Shown piece by piece: positions 35,618 to 43,893 of a stretch of 64,000 nt of DNA. Positions within the stretch are counted from its first letter, which is position 1. Each line of letters opens with the position of its first letter. The notes beneath the pieces were generated by a model. The model was not told where the DNA came from and searched no databases. It saw only the letters and a program-made list of their open reading frames with translations. Origin of the DNA: Candidatus Micrarchaeota archaeon (GTDB lineage: Archaea; Micrarchaeota; Micrarchaeia; Micrarchaeales; CABMGC01); contig JAKASF010000002.1 of the NCBI GenBank assembly GCA_021828295.1, positions 407 through 64,406 of the forward strand, written 5' to 3'. The position numbers were made by a program, and so were the translations under genes.

Positions 35618-35680
35618 TGATTACATTTTGTTGCAAGCAGATTAAAACATTTAGGTAGCATCATTAAATGTCGTGAGCGC

Positions 35681-36658
35681 GTGTCGTTTCCTGGAGAAAG
35701 AATTTATTCCCTGGATGAACAAAAAGACATGCTCTCCAGTATTGAAAAGAGCCGCATGATGCCAACTAAGTACGCTTATTTCGGCATAGGAGCGAAGCGG
35801 TGGATAAACATTGCGCGATCCAGGCTTAATGCAAGCGGGAAGGGAATCAACATACTTGAGCGCGTACTCCTGACGCAGAAGGCAGGAAGCATATTTGACG
35901 CGCTTGGGTTTTATGGATATAGAAACTTCAGCCTTATGGATCTTGGATGCGGCGATGGATCTCCGTTATATCCATTGCTACACTACCTGAGAAACGAGCT
36001 GCCGAAGAGCGGGGTCAGATACAATCCAATAGACATAAGCCCAGATATGCTGCATGCTGCTTCGAAGAACGTAAGCGAAGGTTTCTCTGCGTTCGGCAAG
36101 CAGAACAAGTGGGATTTCGACAAGGGTCCTTTCAGGCATCTGACAAAGAAGCTTGAAAAACCACGCTTCGGGAATCTGTATCTCTTCCTAGGTTCGACGT
36201 TTGGCAACATGCCAGATCTCCACCGAACGTTAGTAAACATAAGGGAATCCATGGGGGCAAACGACTACCTGTTACTGGGCGTTGAGCAGATAGTGCCAGG
36301 GGAGATAGGGGGCATGCTGAGGGATTACTACAAAATCCGTGATGTTTTCGATCTTCTGTTCACCCCGTTTCAGTTCTTTGGTCTCAGGCATTCGGATGGA
36401 GAGTTCCGAGTGACATTCAACAGGGAGAAAAGCCAAGTAGAAGTTCACTTCACGCCGGACAAGGAGCTGAGGCTACAAACCCTATCTGGAAAGGCCACGC
36501 TGAAGAAGGGCAAGCCAATAATGCTAGCCAGAAGCGTGAAATTCACATCCGAACGCCTGGCGGGGCTGTTTTCAGAAGCAGGCTTCAGAACAGAGATGCT
36601 GACCACCTCGCGAGACAACAACTATGCGCTTGTGCTAGTCCAACCTGTCACGCTCTAG
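35681..36658 (+). CDS. SAM-dependent methyltransferase, EgtD-like (Methyltransf_33-type)
   Basis: LMDLGCGDGS gives the SAM motif I. YLFLGSTFGNM resembles the EgtD LGSxIGNF motif. It has a GTG start. Confidence 0.55.
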   Translation: MSFPGERIYSLDEQKDMLSSIEKSRMMPTKYAYFGIGAKRWINIARSRLNASGKGINILERVLLTQKAGSIFDALGFYGYRNFSLMDLGCGDGSPLYPLLHYLRNELPKSGVRYNPIDISPDMLHAASKNVSEGFSAFGKQNKWDFDKGPFRHLTKKLEKPRFGNLYLFLGSTFGNMPDLHRTLVNIRESMGANDYLLLGVEQIVPGEIGGMLRDYYKIRDVFDLLFTPFQFFGLRHSDGEFRVTFNREKSQVEVHFTPDKELRLQTLSGKATLKKGKPIMLARSVKFTSERLAGLFSEAGFRTEMLTTSRDNNYALVLVQPVTL

Positions 36659-36786
36659 GGCTGCTTCAGCCAAAGGGACTTATCCTAGCGGGTTATGAGA
36701 AACATATATAATAGTTTCTACATAAAAAGAGAAATCTTTATATATAAGTTAATTGATAATACATATTGAGCTTAAAGGGGGATAAC

Positions 36787-37407
36787 ATGGAAACACAAGT
36801 GACTATGCCAAAGAGCAAGGAGGAGGTTATAGGAGATCTCAAGAAGGCCGCAAGGGAGATGCAGGATAGCTATGGACGCCGTAAGTGGGGATCCGACAGC
36901 AACGGTTTCAGTTTCAAAAGGGCTGCAGAGATTTATAAAGAACTAGGATCAACGTTTCGAAATGGAGAAATCGTAGCTTCTAGAGAAGCAGCTACTGACT
37001 TTCTTGGGGAAGAAAAGCAGTACGAAAAAAGCCACGGGCCACTAGCGAACTATACGCTTATCCACTTGGAATGGGCCATAAACGTCCTTGCAGAATCGAA
37101 TCTTAAGAGAGAGGCCATTCCTCTTGCAGAAGAGTTCATAAAAAGATTTTCAGAAAGGGCAGAATACAACGAAGAGGGACATGATTTTCGGAACGCGATG
37201 GAGGACATGGATGTTGCAATAGGAGTGGCAAAGCGGGTAGGACTAGAAGACTTTGTGAAGGAATTAGAACTAGATAGAGAGAGACTAGAAAACGCTCAGA
37301 AATCTTATCAAAGAAAAGAAAAGATTAAACACGTTCTGAGGGGAATCGAGAAACATTTGCCCTTAACCGTAAATAGGGACTTCTTCAAGTCTAGTACCTG
37401 GAGATGA
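36787..37407 (+). CDS. hypothetical protein (206 aa), AT-rich orphan
   Basis: This is a clean ORF. It has a Shine-Dalgarno-like gggggata 5 nt upstream. Its GC is lower than that of its neighbours. Confidence 0.5.
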   Translation: METQVTMPKSKEEVIGDLKKAAREMQDSYGRRKWGSDSNGFSFKRAAEIYKELGSTFRNGEIVASREAATDFLGEEKQYEKSHGPLANYTLIHLEWAINVLAESNLKREAIPLAEEFIKRFSERAEYNEEGHDFRNAMEDMDVAIGVAKRVGLEDFVKELELDRERLENAQKSYQRKEKIKHVLRGIEKHLPLTVNRDFFKSSTWR

Positions 37408-37489
37408 AAATACTGGATTGTCGTAGGCACCAGAAAAACGGCGCAGCCAAATCTATTTAAATTTGGCAAGTGTCTCGTATATTGCGACC

Positions 37490-39739
37490 ATGATGCAGGA
37501 GACGATAACGCTTGAGCAGCTCATTTCCGAGCTCTTCGCGATCGGAAAGGAGAGCGTCGGCAGCGAGGAGCTGTTTGCGAAGTTCTCGGCGAAGCTGCAG
37601 TACATGGCAGGCATCGACTACATATCGATCAGGGAGGCCTACCAGGAGAAGGAGGAGCTCTCGGGCCTGGAGGAGTACGCCGTGAACACGGGCAAGCCCT
37701 ACATAGACAACAGGCTGAGCGGCTACTCCGCGTTCCCAGAGCTGATAAAGCACTACAACCTCGGGTTCAGGAGCTGCGCCCTGGTCCCGGTATCTCTGGA
37801 GGGCAAGCCCGTGATTGTCGCTACGTTCCTCTCCAGGCAGGAGGACAAGTTTGACGCCATGCTCATGCCCAGGCTCAGCCTTGCCGCAGAGCTGCTCGCG
37901 TACCAGGCCGTGGCCAAGGTGGAGAGGGAGAGGAGCATCAGCCTCGCAAAGTACTTCGACGCCGCATTCAACACCTACGCGCCGCAGATGCTGATCGACA
38001 GGAACGGGGCGATCGTAAGGTCCAACAAGAGCGCCAGCGGCCTCTTCGGGAAGACGCAGCGCGAGATGGTGGGCAGGAACGTGAGCGAGTTCTTCAGCAT
38101 CGACGCGACCATGCTCTACTCGCTGCGCGAAGGCTCCGTGGCCGAGGTTCGGGAGAGCGCTGAGCAGGGACGAATCTACAAGGCCAGTTCGGGAAAGATA
38201 AACGACAGGCTCTCGCACCTTCTGCTCTACGACGTCACCCAGCTCAAGGAGCTGGAGGAGAAGGTCAAGCTTGCTGAGATGGGCAGCGGCGAGACGTTCA
38301 TGCTTTTGGCAAAGGACACCACGGTGCTGTGGGCCAGCGCCAACGTGGGCAAGGTGCTCAAGCTTGGCATGGACGAGATTGTCGGAAGGAGGCTCATCGA
38401 CCTGGCGTACGAGGACAAGGAGCTGGCGGGAGAGATTGGTTCGCTGAACGACACGCTCGCGAAGCCGTTGCGCCTCAACGTTGGCAACGATGTCATAATC
38501 GACACGAAGGCTGTGCTGGTCAAGAACCAGTTTGGAGGCTTCTCCTGCATGCTCTCGAGCAACAACATCGAGAGGTACGTTGCCTCGATGCAGGGGGCGC
38601 TCGAGGGCCTGATAGAGACGGCGAGCGACGCCATATTCAGCATAGACTCGCTTGGCTACATCAAGTCCGTCAACTCGAGCGCCGAGCGCCTGCTCAAGTA
38701 TGGGGGCAACGAGCTCAGCGGCAGCGCGCTCGCATCGCTGTACGCCGACGAGGAGAGCCAGCAGAAGCTCAGCTCATCGCTCTCCCTGGCAAGGAGCACG
38801 GGCATGGTGGAGCACATGTACGTGAACCTTCGCCCGAAGGAGGCCGAGGTTCCGATACCGTGCGAGCAGTCGATAAGGAGCATGGTGGACAGCGACAACG
38901 GCCTCGTTGGCTACATGATAACTACGAAGGAGCTGGCCACGAAGATGAAGCTCGACCAGCTGGAGGAGGACACTGAGGAGCTGGGCAAGAGGCTGGAGGG
39001 GGTGAAGGAGGAGAGCGACCTCAAGACCCAGTTCTTCTACAACATCTCGCACGACCTCAAGACGCCGCTCACGAGCATCTACGGCTACGGGAAGCTGCTC
39101 GCGAACAGCAGCGAGGGCATAAGCCAGGACAACAGGGGCTACGCCGAGATAATAACCAAGGAGGCGGACAGGCTCCTGCAGCTGATAAACCAGATACTCG
39201 ATGTTGCGAAGCTCTCGTCCGGCAGGATAAAGCTCGACGTGCAGGACGTTGATTTCAACAGCCTGCTCAAGAACCCTGCCATAGGCTCGCTGATAGAGTT
39301 CGCTGAGAAGAAGGGGCTCGAGTTCAGGGTCGATGTCGATTACAGCGTGCCAGCGATCCAGGCCGACCCGAACAGGCTGATACAGGTGCTTGTCAACCTT
39401 ATCGGCAACGCGATAAAGTTCACAGAGAAGGGGAGCATAGGGGTAAGGATAGCCAGGGCTGGGAAGAAGAGCAAGTTCATCAGGGTGGAGGTAACTGATA
39501 CGGGAACTGGGATAAGCAAGGAGGACATGAAGAAGTTGTTCAGGAAGTTCTTCCAGCTGCAGCGCAAGGGGCTGATAATGCAGGAGGGATCCGGAACGGG
39601 ACTCGGGCTCTCGATAGCGAAGGAGATAGTCAACCTCCACGGGGGCAGGATAGGAGTGACCTCCGAAGCGGGCGTGGGCAGCACCTTCTGGTTCACGCTG
39701 CCGATAGCCGCCAGGGTTAAGAAGACGGCTGTGAAGTAG
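37490..39739 (+). CDS. multi-sensor (GAF/PAS-type) histidine kinase
   Basis: The HisKA H-box is FFYNISHDLKTPLTSI. HATPase_c N, G1 and G2 boxes are present (LIGNAIKFT, DTGTGI, GTGLGLSIAKEIV). The N-terminal ~480 aa carry PAS-like repeats. Confidence 0.85.
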   Translation: MMQETITLEQLISELFAIGKESVGSEELFAKFSAKLQYMAGIDYISIREAYQEKEELSGLEEYAVNTGKPYIDNRLSGYSAFPELIKHYNLGFRSCALVPVSLEGKPVIVATFLSRQEDKFDAMLMPRLSLAAELLAYQAVAKVERERSISLAKYFDAAFNTYAPQMLIDRNGAIVRSNKSASGLFGKTQREMVGRNVSEFFSIDATMLYSLREGSVAEVRESAEQGRIYKASSGKINDRLSHLLLYDVTQLKELEEKVKLAEMGSGETFMLLAKDTTVLWASANVGKVLKLGMDEIVGRRLIDLAYEDKELAGEIGSLNDTLAKPLRLNVGNDVIIDTKAVLVKNQFGGFSCMLSSNNIERYVASMQGALEGLIETASDAIFSIDSLGYIKSVNSSAERLLKYGGNELSGSALASLYADEESQQKLSSSLSLARSTGMVEHMYVNLRPKEAEVPIPCEQSIRSMVDSDNGLVGYMITTKELATKMKLDQLEEDTEELGKRLEGVKEESDLKTQFFYNISHDLKTPLTSIYGYGKLLANSSEGISQDNRGYAEIITKEADRLLQLINQILDVAKLSSGRIKLDVQDVDFNSLLKNPAIGSLIEFAEKKGLEFRVDVDYSVPAIQADPNRLIQVLVNLIGNAIKFTEKGSIGVRIARAGKKSKFIRVEVTDTGTGISKEDMKKLFRKFFQLQRKGLIMQEGSGTGLGLSIAKEIVNLHGGRIGVTSEAGVGSTFWFTLPIAARVKKTAVK

Positions 39740-39753
39740 CCGCGCGGCCAGGC

Positions 39754-41016
39754 TCACTTCAGTATCCTTTTCTCCATCTTCCAGCACCGCCCTATCCGCT
39801 CCGCTGTCTGCCTCTTCACCTCTTTGGGATCCGCCTGCAAGCGCGCAAGCCCGGCGCGAACGGATGCAGCGACGACAGCGGCGGCAACGTTCGACGCCAC
39901 CTTCACTGCGATCTTCCTCTCCAGAGGGTCAGGTAGTATCCTATCGATGCCCAGCTCCTTGCCCGTCGACTTGGCTATGGCCGTGGCGGCGGCCTCGAGT
40001 ATCTCGTAGTTCAGGCCCCTGGCCCTAGCGTCGAGCAGGCCGCGCATTATGCTTGGAAACGCGAGAACGTTGTTGACCTGGTTCGGTGTGTCGCTCCTGC
40101 CTGTTGCCGCGATGAATGCCCCGGCGGCCTTCGCTTCCTCGTACTCGATCTCTGGCTCCGGGTTCGCGAGCGCGAAGACGATAGGCTTTGCGCCCATCTT
40201 TGCGATCGTCTCCTTTGTGAACATGCCCTTCTTCGAGACGCCTATGAGGACGTCTGCACCGCGAACAGCTTCGTCCAGCGTTCCCTGCAGTCTCTCTGCA
40301 TTGGTCGCGCTCGCTATCTCTTCCTTGAACTCGTTCATGTTATCGGGCCTGCCCTTGTAGATGGTGCCGGCGCTGTCGACAACAAGCAGATTCTTGAAGC
40401 CCGCGTGGGAGAGCAGGCGCACTATGCCCAGGCCTGCGGAGCCGGCCCCGTTTATCACTATCCTCGCGTCCTTCCCCTTCTCGGCGAGCTTGAGCGAGTT
40501 GAGCAGCGCGGCCAGGACCACCACCCCCGTTCCCTGCTGGTCGTCGTGGAAGACTGGTATGTCCAGGCTCTTGGAGAGCGCGTCTACGATCCTGAACGAC
40601 TTCGGAGACTCGATGTCCTCGATGTTTATCGCTCCGAACGTGGGTGCTATCTCGACCACGAGCCTCACTATCTCCGCTTCGTCCTTGGTGGCTATGCACA
40701 GGGGCACCGCGTCGACGCCGCCGAACTTCTTGAAGAGTATGGCCTTGCCCTCCATCACCGGCAGGCCTGCCTGCGGACCTATGTCCCCGAGGCCCAGCAC
40801 CCTGGTGCCATCAGAGACTATGGCAATGGTGTTGCCCTTGCTTGTGTACTCGTAAGCTCCAGCGGGGTTCTCCTTTATAGCGCTTGAGACGAACGCCACC
40901 CCTGGCGTGTAGAATGTAGAGAGCTCGTCCCTTGTAGAGAGCGGCGCCTTCGACACTATCTCGTACTTGCCCTTCCTGTTCTTGTGCTCTTCTAGTGCCT
41001 TGTCCTCGCTTATCAA
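39754..41016 (-). CDS. NAD(P)-dependent malic enzyme
   Basis: YTPGVA, GLGDIGPQAGLPVMEGK and INGAGSAG (Rossmann fold) are present. The protein is 420 aa. Confidence 0.9.
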   Translation of the reverse strand: MISEDKALEEHKNRKGKYEIVSKAPLSTRDELSTFYTPGVAFVSSAIKENPAGAYEYTSKGNTIAIVSDGTRVLGLGDIGPQAGLPVMEGKAILFKKFGGVDAVPLCIATKDEAEIVRLVVEIAPTFGAINIEDIESPKSFRIVDALSKSLDIPVFHDDQQGTGVVVLAALLNSLKLAEKGKDARIVINGAGSAGLGIVRLLSHAGFKNLLVVDSAGTIYKGRPDNMNEFKEEIASATNAERLQGTLDEAVRGADVLIGVSKKGMFTKETIAKMGAKPIVFALANPEPEIEYEEAKAAGAFIAATGRSDTPNQVNNVLAFPSIMRGLLDARARGLNYEILEAAATAIAKSTGKELGIDRILPDPLERKIAVKVASNVAAAVVAASVRAGLARLQADPKEVKRQTAERIGRCWKMEKRILK

Positions 41017-41042
41017 TCAAACACCGTTGCGGGCCGATGCCC

Positions 41043-42128
41043 TCACTGCGGTATCAGCGCAGCGCACGCATTGGGGATCAGCCTCTCGAAACTGTAGGAG
41101 GCGTTAAGTACGCTGTAGTTCAGTCCGGTGAATATGCCGGTATATGTGATATTGCGCAGGAAAGCGGAGTTGGAGACGTTGATTATTGCCAGGAGGGCGA
41201 TGCCCGTCGATCCCGGGTCCGCGGCCGTGGTAGAGTAGGTGATGAGAACGTTGTCCTTGTTGCTCGTGCTGCTCTCGTTTATGCTCATCTTTGTGGGTGT
41301 GCTGTAGCTCACGTTGTAGTACGAGACGGGTGCGGGTGGCTGCGTGTGTGCATGGTTGTAGGTCTTGTAGGTCTGGTTGTAGAGAGAGGGAGTGCAGTTG
41401 TAGTCCCTGGCGTACAGCGACCTGAGGCCGTTCATGAGCTCCCCTGGCCCTGTCTTGTTCATGAGCTGCAGGGCCTGCTGGAACGTCACCGAGGTGTTGT
41501 TCTGCGCGACAGTTGTTGTGAGCGTGCTAGAGAGCGTAGATGAGCCCGACGAGATCGTGGTGGGCGAGCCGCCGCTCGCGGGGCCTATGTTTAGCAGGCT
41601 TGAGGGATTGAGCAGCGTGACGCTGGGGCTTATCGAGATGCCGAGCGCAGATGGCAGCGGCGTCAGCTCGATTGTGGCTCCGGTGTTGCTGCTCGAGACC
41701 AGCCTTATGTTGATATTGGCAGCGTGGGAGCCGTCGGTGCTCACGTTCAGGCTCGACTCCGGAGTGAGCGAGAACGAGACTACGGGCCCGTACAGCACGG
41801 GCACGCTGGTTATGTAGAACGACGCGCCGCTTGGCGAGGTCGACTGCAGGTCGAGAGCCGCAGTGCTCCCGTTGTATATCTTTAGGAACTGGGTCTGGTT
41901 GTAGGCGAGCGAGAGGCTCCTGGCAGAGGTTATGGTCACGACCGAAGGGACGAGAACACCGTAGACCAGGTAGACAGCGACCAGCACGACAACGAGCGCT
42001 ATTATCTGCTTAAGCGACAGCCTCCAGGCTGGCAGCGACAGTCCCTTGTTAGCCGAGGTCTTCAACCGAGCACCGCTTCTGCAAGGTAGTGATTCCACAA
42101 CAAAGAATATTATAGTTTCGTTGCCCAT
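41043..42128 (-). CDS. secreted/anchored Ser-Thr-Asn-rich protein with many N-x-S/T sequons
   Basis: One N-terminal TM is present (IIALVVVLVAVYLVYGVLV), followed by a low-complexity ectodomain. The start is uncertain, with candidates ATG 42128 and TTG 42065. Track start 42206 would overlap the divergent regulator gene. Confidence 0.5.
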   Translation of the reverse strand: MGNETIIFFVVESLPCRSGARLKTSANKGLSLPAWRLSLKQIIALVVVLVAVYLVYGVLVPSVVTITSARSLSLAYNQTQFLKIYNGSTAALDLQSTSPSGASFYITSVPVLYGPVVSFSLTPESSLNVSTDGSHAANINIRLVSSSNTGATIELTPLPSALGISISPSVTLLNPSSLLNIGPASGGSPTTISSGSSTLSSTLTTTVAQNNTSVTFQQALQLMNKTGPGELMNGLRSLYARDYNCTPSLYNQTYKTYNHAHTQPPAPVSYYNVSYSTPTKMSINESSTSNKDNVLITYSTTAADPGSTGIALLAIINVSNSAFLRNITYTGIFTGLNYSVLNASYSFERLIPNACAALIPQ

Positions 42129-42153
42129 TACTCTCGTTGCGACCAGTGGCTTC

Positions 42154-43359
42154 ATGAAGGGCATCGAAGATGCGGAATCGGACGTGATGTCGCTCATCAA
42201 CGACAAGCAGGAAGTTACCTACAACGAGCTCAAGGACTTCGCGGCCTCGCAGGAGATAGACGGTGACACGCTCAAACGCGCGCTAGCAGAGCTAGTCAAG
42301 GCGAGCGCGCTTGCGACAAGGAGCAGCGGGGGCATACCCACCTATTACATGCTCCAGGAGCCGCAGCGCATAAAACGCGTATTCGTCATAGAGGACGACC
42401 AGAACATAAACAAGCTGATGGCGATAGCGCTGGGGCAGGGCTACGACGTAACCCAGTTCTACGACGGTAAGGAGGCGATGGAGAAGGTAAGGTACCAGAA
42501 ACCAGATCTTGTGGTGCTCGACCTCATGCTTCCCGGCATGGACGGCCTCGAGGTCTGCCAGACGATAAAGAAGGACCCGCTGCTGCGCGACATTACTGTC
42601 ATAATAGTAAGCGCCCTGGAAGCCACCACCAACAGGTTCAAGGGCATAAAGTACGGGGCAGACTACTACATCAAGAAGCCGTTTGACCCCGACGAGCTCC
42701 GCGGACTTGTCACCATCTTCCTGAAGAAGAAGGGGAAGAAGTTCGACGCGCTGATAGACCTGCCCAACGAGGAGCGCATAAGCGACAGCGTCGAGAGGGC
42801 TGTGAAGGGATCGGATTCCGATTACGAGATAGGAAGATTGCGGGTCGAGGGCCTGGCGAGCTTCGCCAGCAAGTTCGGCAACGAGGCAGGCATAACGATA
42901 CTGAGGCTTGCATCGCAGCTGCTGCAGGACAAGGTCAAGGGCAAGGACGTTGAGGGGAGCACATTCGTCGGCTTCCTGAACGGCGACGACTTCGTCATAG
43001 CGGGCAGCAAGAAGAACGTGGACCGCATGGTCGAGAGCATAAAGTCGGAGTTCCAGGCGGTCTTGCCGTTCATCTACCAGAGCGAGGGCTACAAGCCGAT
43101 AGAGAAGGGCATAGAGGACATGTACGCGGTGCAGAACCCCGCGCTGGCGCTCGGGTACACTGAGATAAAGCGCGAGGCGCTCGCGGCCAGGCGCGCAGAG
43201 GTCATAAAGGAGAAGCGCAAGGACGAGATAGGCTCATACACGTACGACGAGCTGCGGCGCATGCTCGGCAGCGAGAACCTTGACATAACGATAACAAGGG
43301 ACACGAACGGGGTCAAGCTCTCTGTGGGAAAGAGGGCTGATTCAGAGAAAGAGGAGTAG
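42154..43359 (+). CDS. response regulator: wHTH-like N-terminus, receiver domain and degenerate GGDEF-like domain
   Basis: The REC domain reads VFVIEDD...LVVLDLMLPGMDG...KKPF. The downstream domain aligns to the diguanylate cyclase pattern (DALIDLPNEE, ...SKFGNEAGITILRLAS..., GFLNGDDFVIAG in place of RxGGDEF). Confidence 0.75.
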   Translation: MKGIEDAESDVMSLINDKQEVTYNELKDFAASQEIDGDTLKRALAELVKASALATRSSGGIPTYYMLQEPQRIKRVFVIEDDQNINKLMAIALGQGYDVTQFYDGKEAMEKVRYQKPDLVVLDLMLPGMDGLEVCQTIKKDPLLRDITVIIVSALEATTNRFKGIKYGADYYIKKPFDPDELRGLVTIFLKKKGKKFDALIDLPNEERISDSVERAVKGSDSDYEIGRLRVEGLASFASKFGNEAGITILRLASQLLQDKVKGKDVEGSTFVGFLNGDDFVIAGSKKNVDRMVESIKSEFQAVLPFIYQSEGYKPIEKGIEDMYAVQNPALALGYTEIKREALAARRAEVIKEKRKDEIGSYTYDELRRMLGSENLDITITRDTNGVKLSVGKRADSEKEE

Positions 43360-43370
43360 AAGGGAAAGGC

Positions 43371-43652
43371 TTACCTTCTTCGCTTCCTAGACATGCGCTT
43401 TGATGCGCGTTTCGCCGACGCTTTCCTCGAGCCTTTTCTGGGCCTCCCGGAGGAGGTCTCGGCCCTTGTGTACTTCTCGGATTCCAGAAGCTCGACCACG
43501 TGCGACTCGTCGGTGGGCCTGCTCTCGCCGGCGCTGTCGAGTATCGCCTGGCTCTGCGCCCCGCCTATCTGGAGCAGCTCGTTTATCTTCTGCGACCTGA
43601 TGAGTGCCTCGAGCCTCTTGTTGCTCGCAGAACGCCCTGATCTCTTGGCCAT
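43371..43652 (-). CDS. small basic hypothetical protein (93 aa)
   Basis: The ORF has a Lys/Arg-rich C-terminus (KGSRKASAKRASKRMSRKRRR). Confidence 0.45.
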   Translation of the reverse strand: MAKRSGRSASNKRLEALIRSQKINELLQIGGAQSQAILDSAGESRPTDESHVVELLESEKYTRAETSSGRPRKGSRKASAKRASKRMSRKRRR

Positions 43653-43692
43653 AGAACCGAGATAAGTATTTATTGAGCAACATTTAAATGCT

Positions 43693-43884
43693 ATGCAGGA
43701 AGTTTCGTGGGGGCTGGTCTTGAAGGAAAAATCGGTGCTTTACGCATGCAGCGTGTGCGGGCTCCACTACACTGACAGGGAAACCGCAGAGGAGTGCTAC
43801 GCCTGGTGCTCCGCTCACAGCTCGTGCAGGCTTTCGGTAGCGAGGAAGTCGGTCGAGGCGAAACGGGCGATGGGAAAAAAGTAA
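43693..43884 (+). CDS. small Cys-rich (zinc-ribbon-like) protein, 63 aa
   Basis: CSVCGLHYTDRETAEECYAWCSAHSSC is present. It lies immediately upstream of lhr. Confidence 0.4.
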   Translation: MQEVSWGLVLKEKSVLYACSVCGLHYTDRETAEECYAWCSAHSSCRLSVARKSVEAKRAMGKK

Positions 43885-43893
43885 CGGTGCCAT

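Noticed and set aside
34949-35680. Fibrillarin (flpA) is not preceded by a nop5 (Nop56/58) gene, unlike the common archaeal nop5-flpA operon.
   Set aside because: Absence of a neighbour within one window is weak evidence, and nop5 may simply be elsewhere. It is noted but not treated as a finding.
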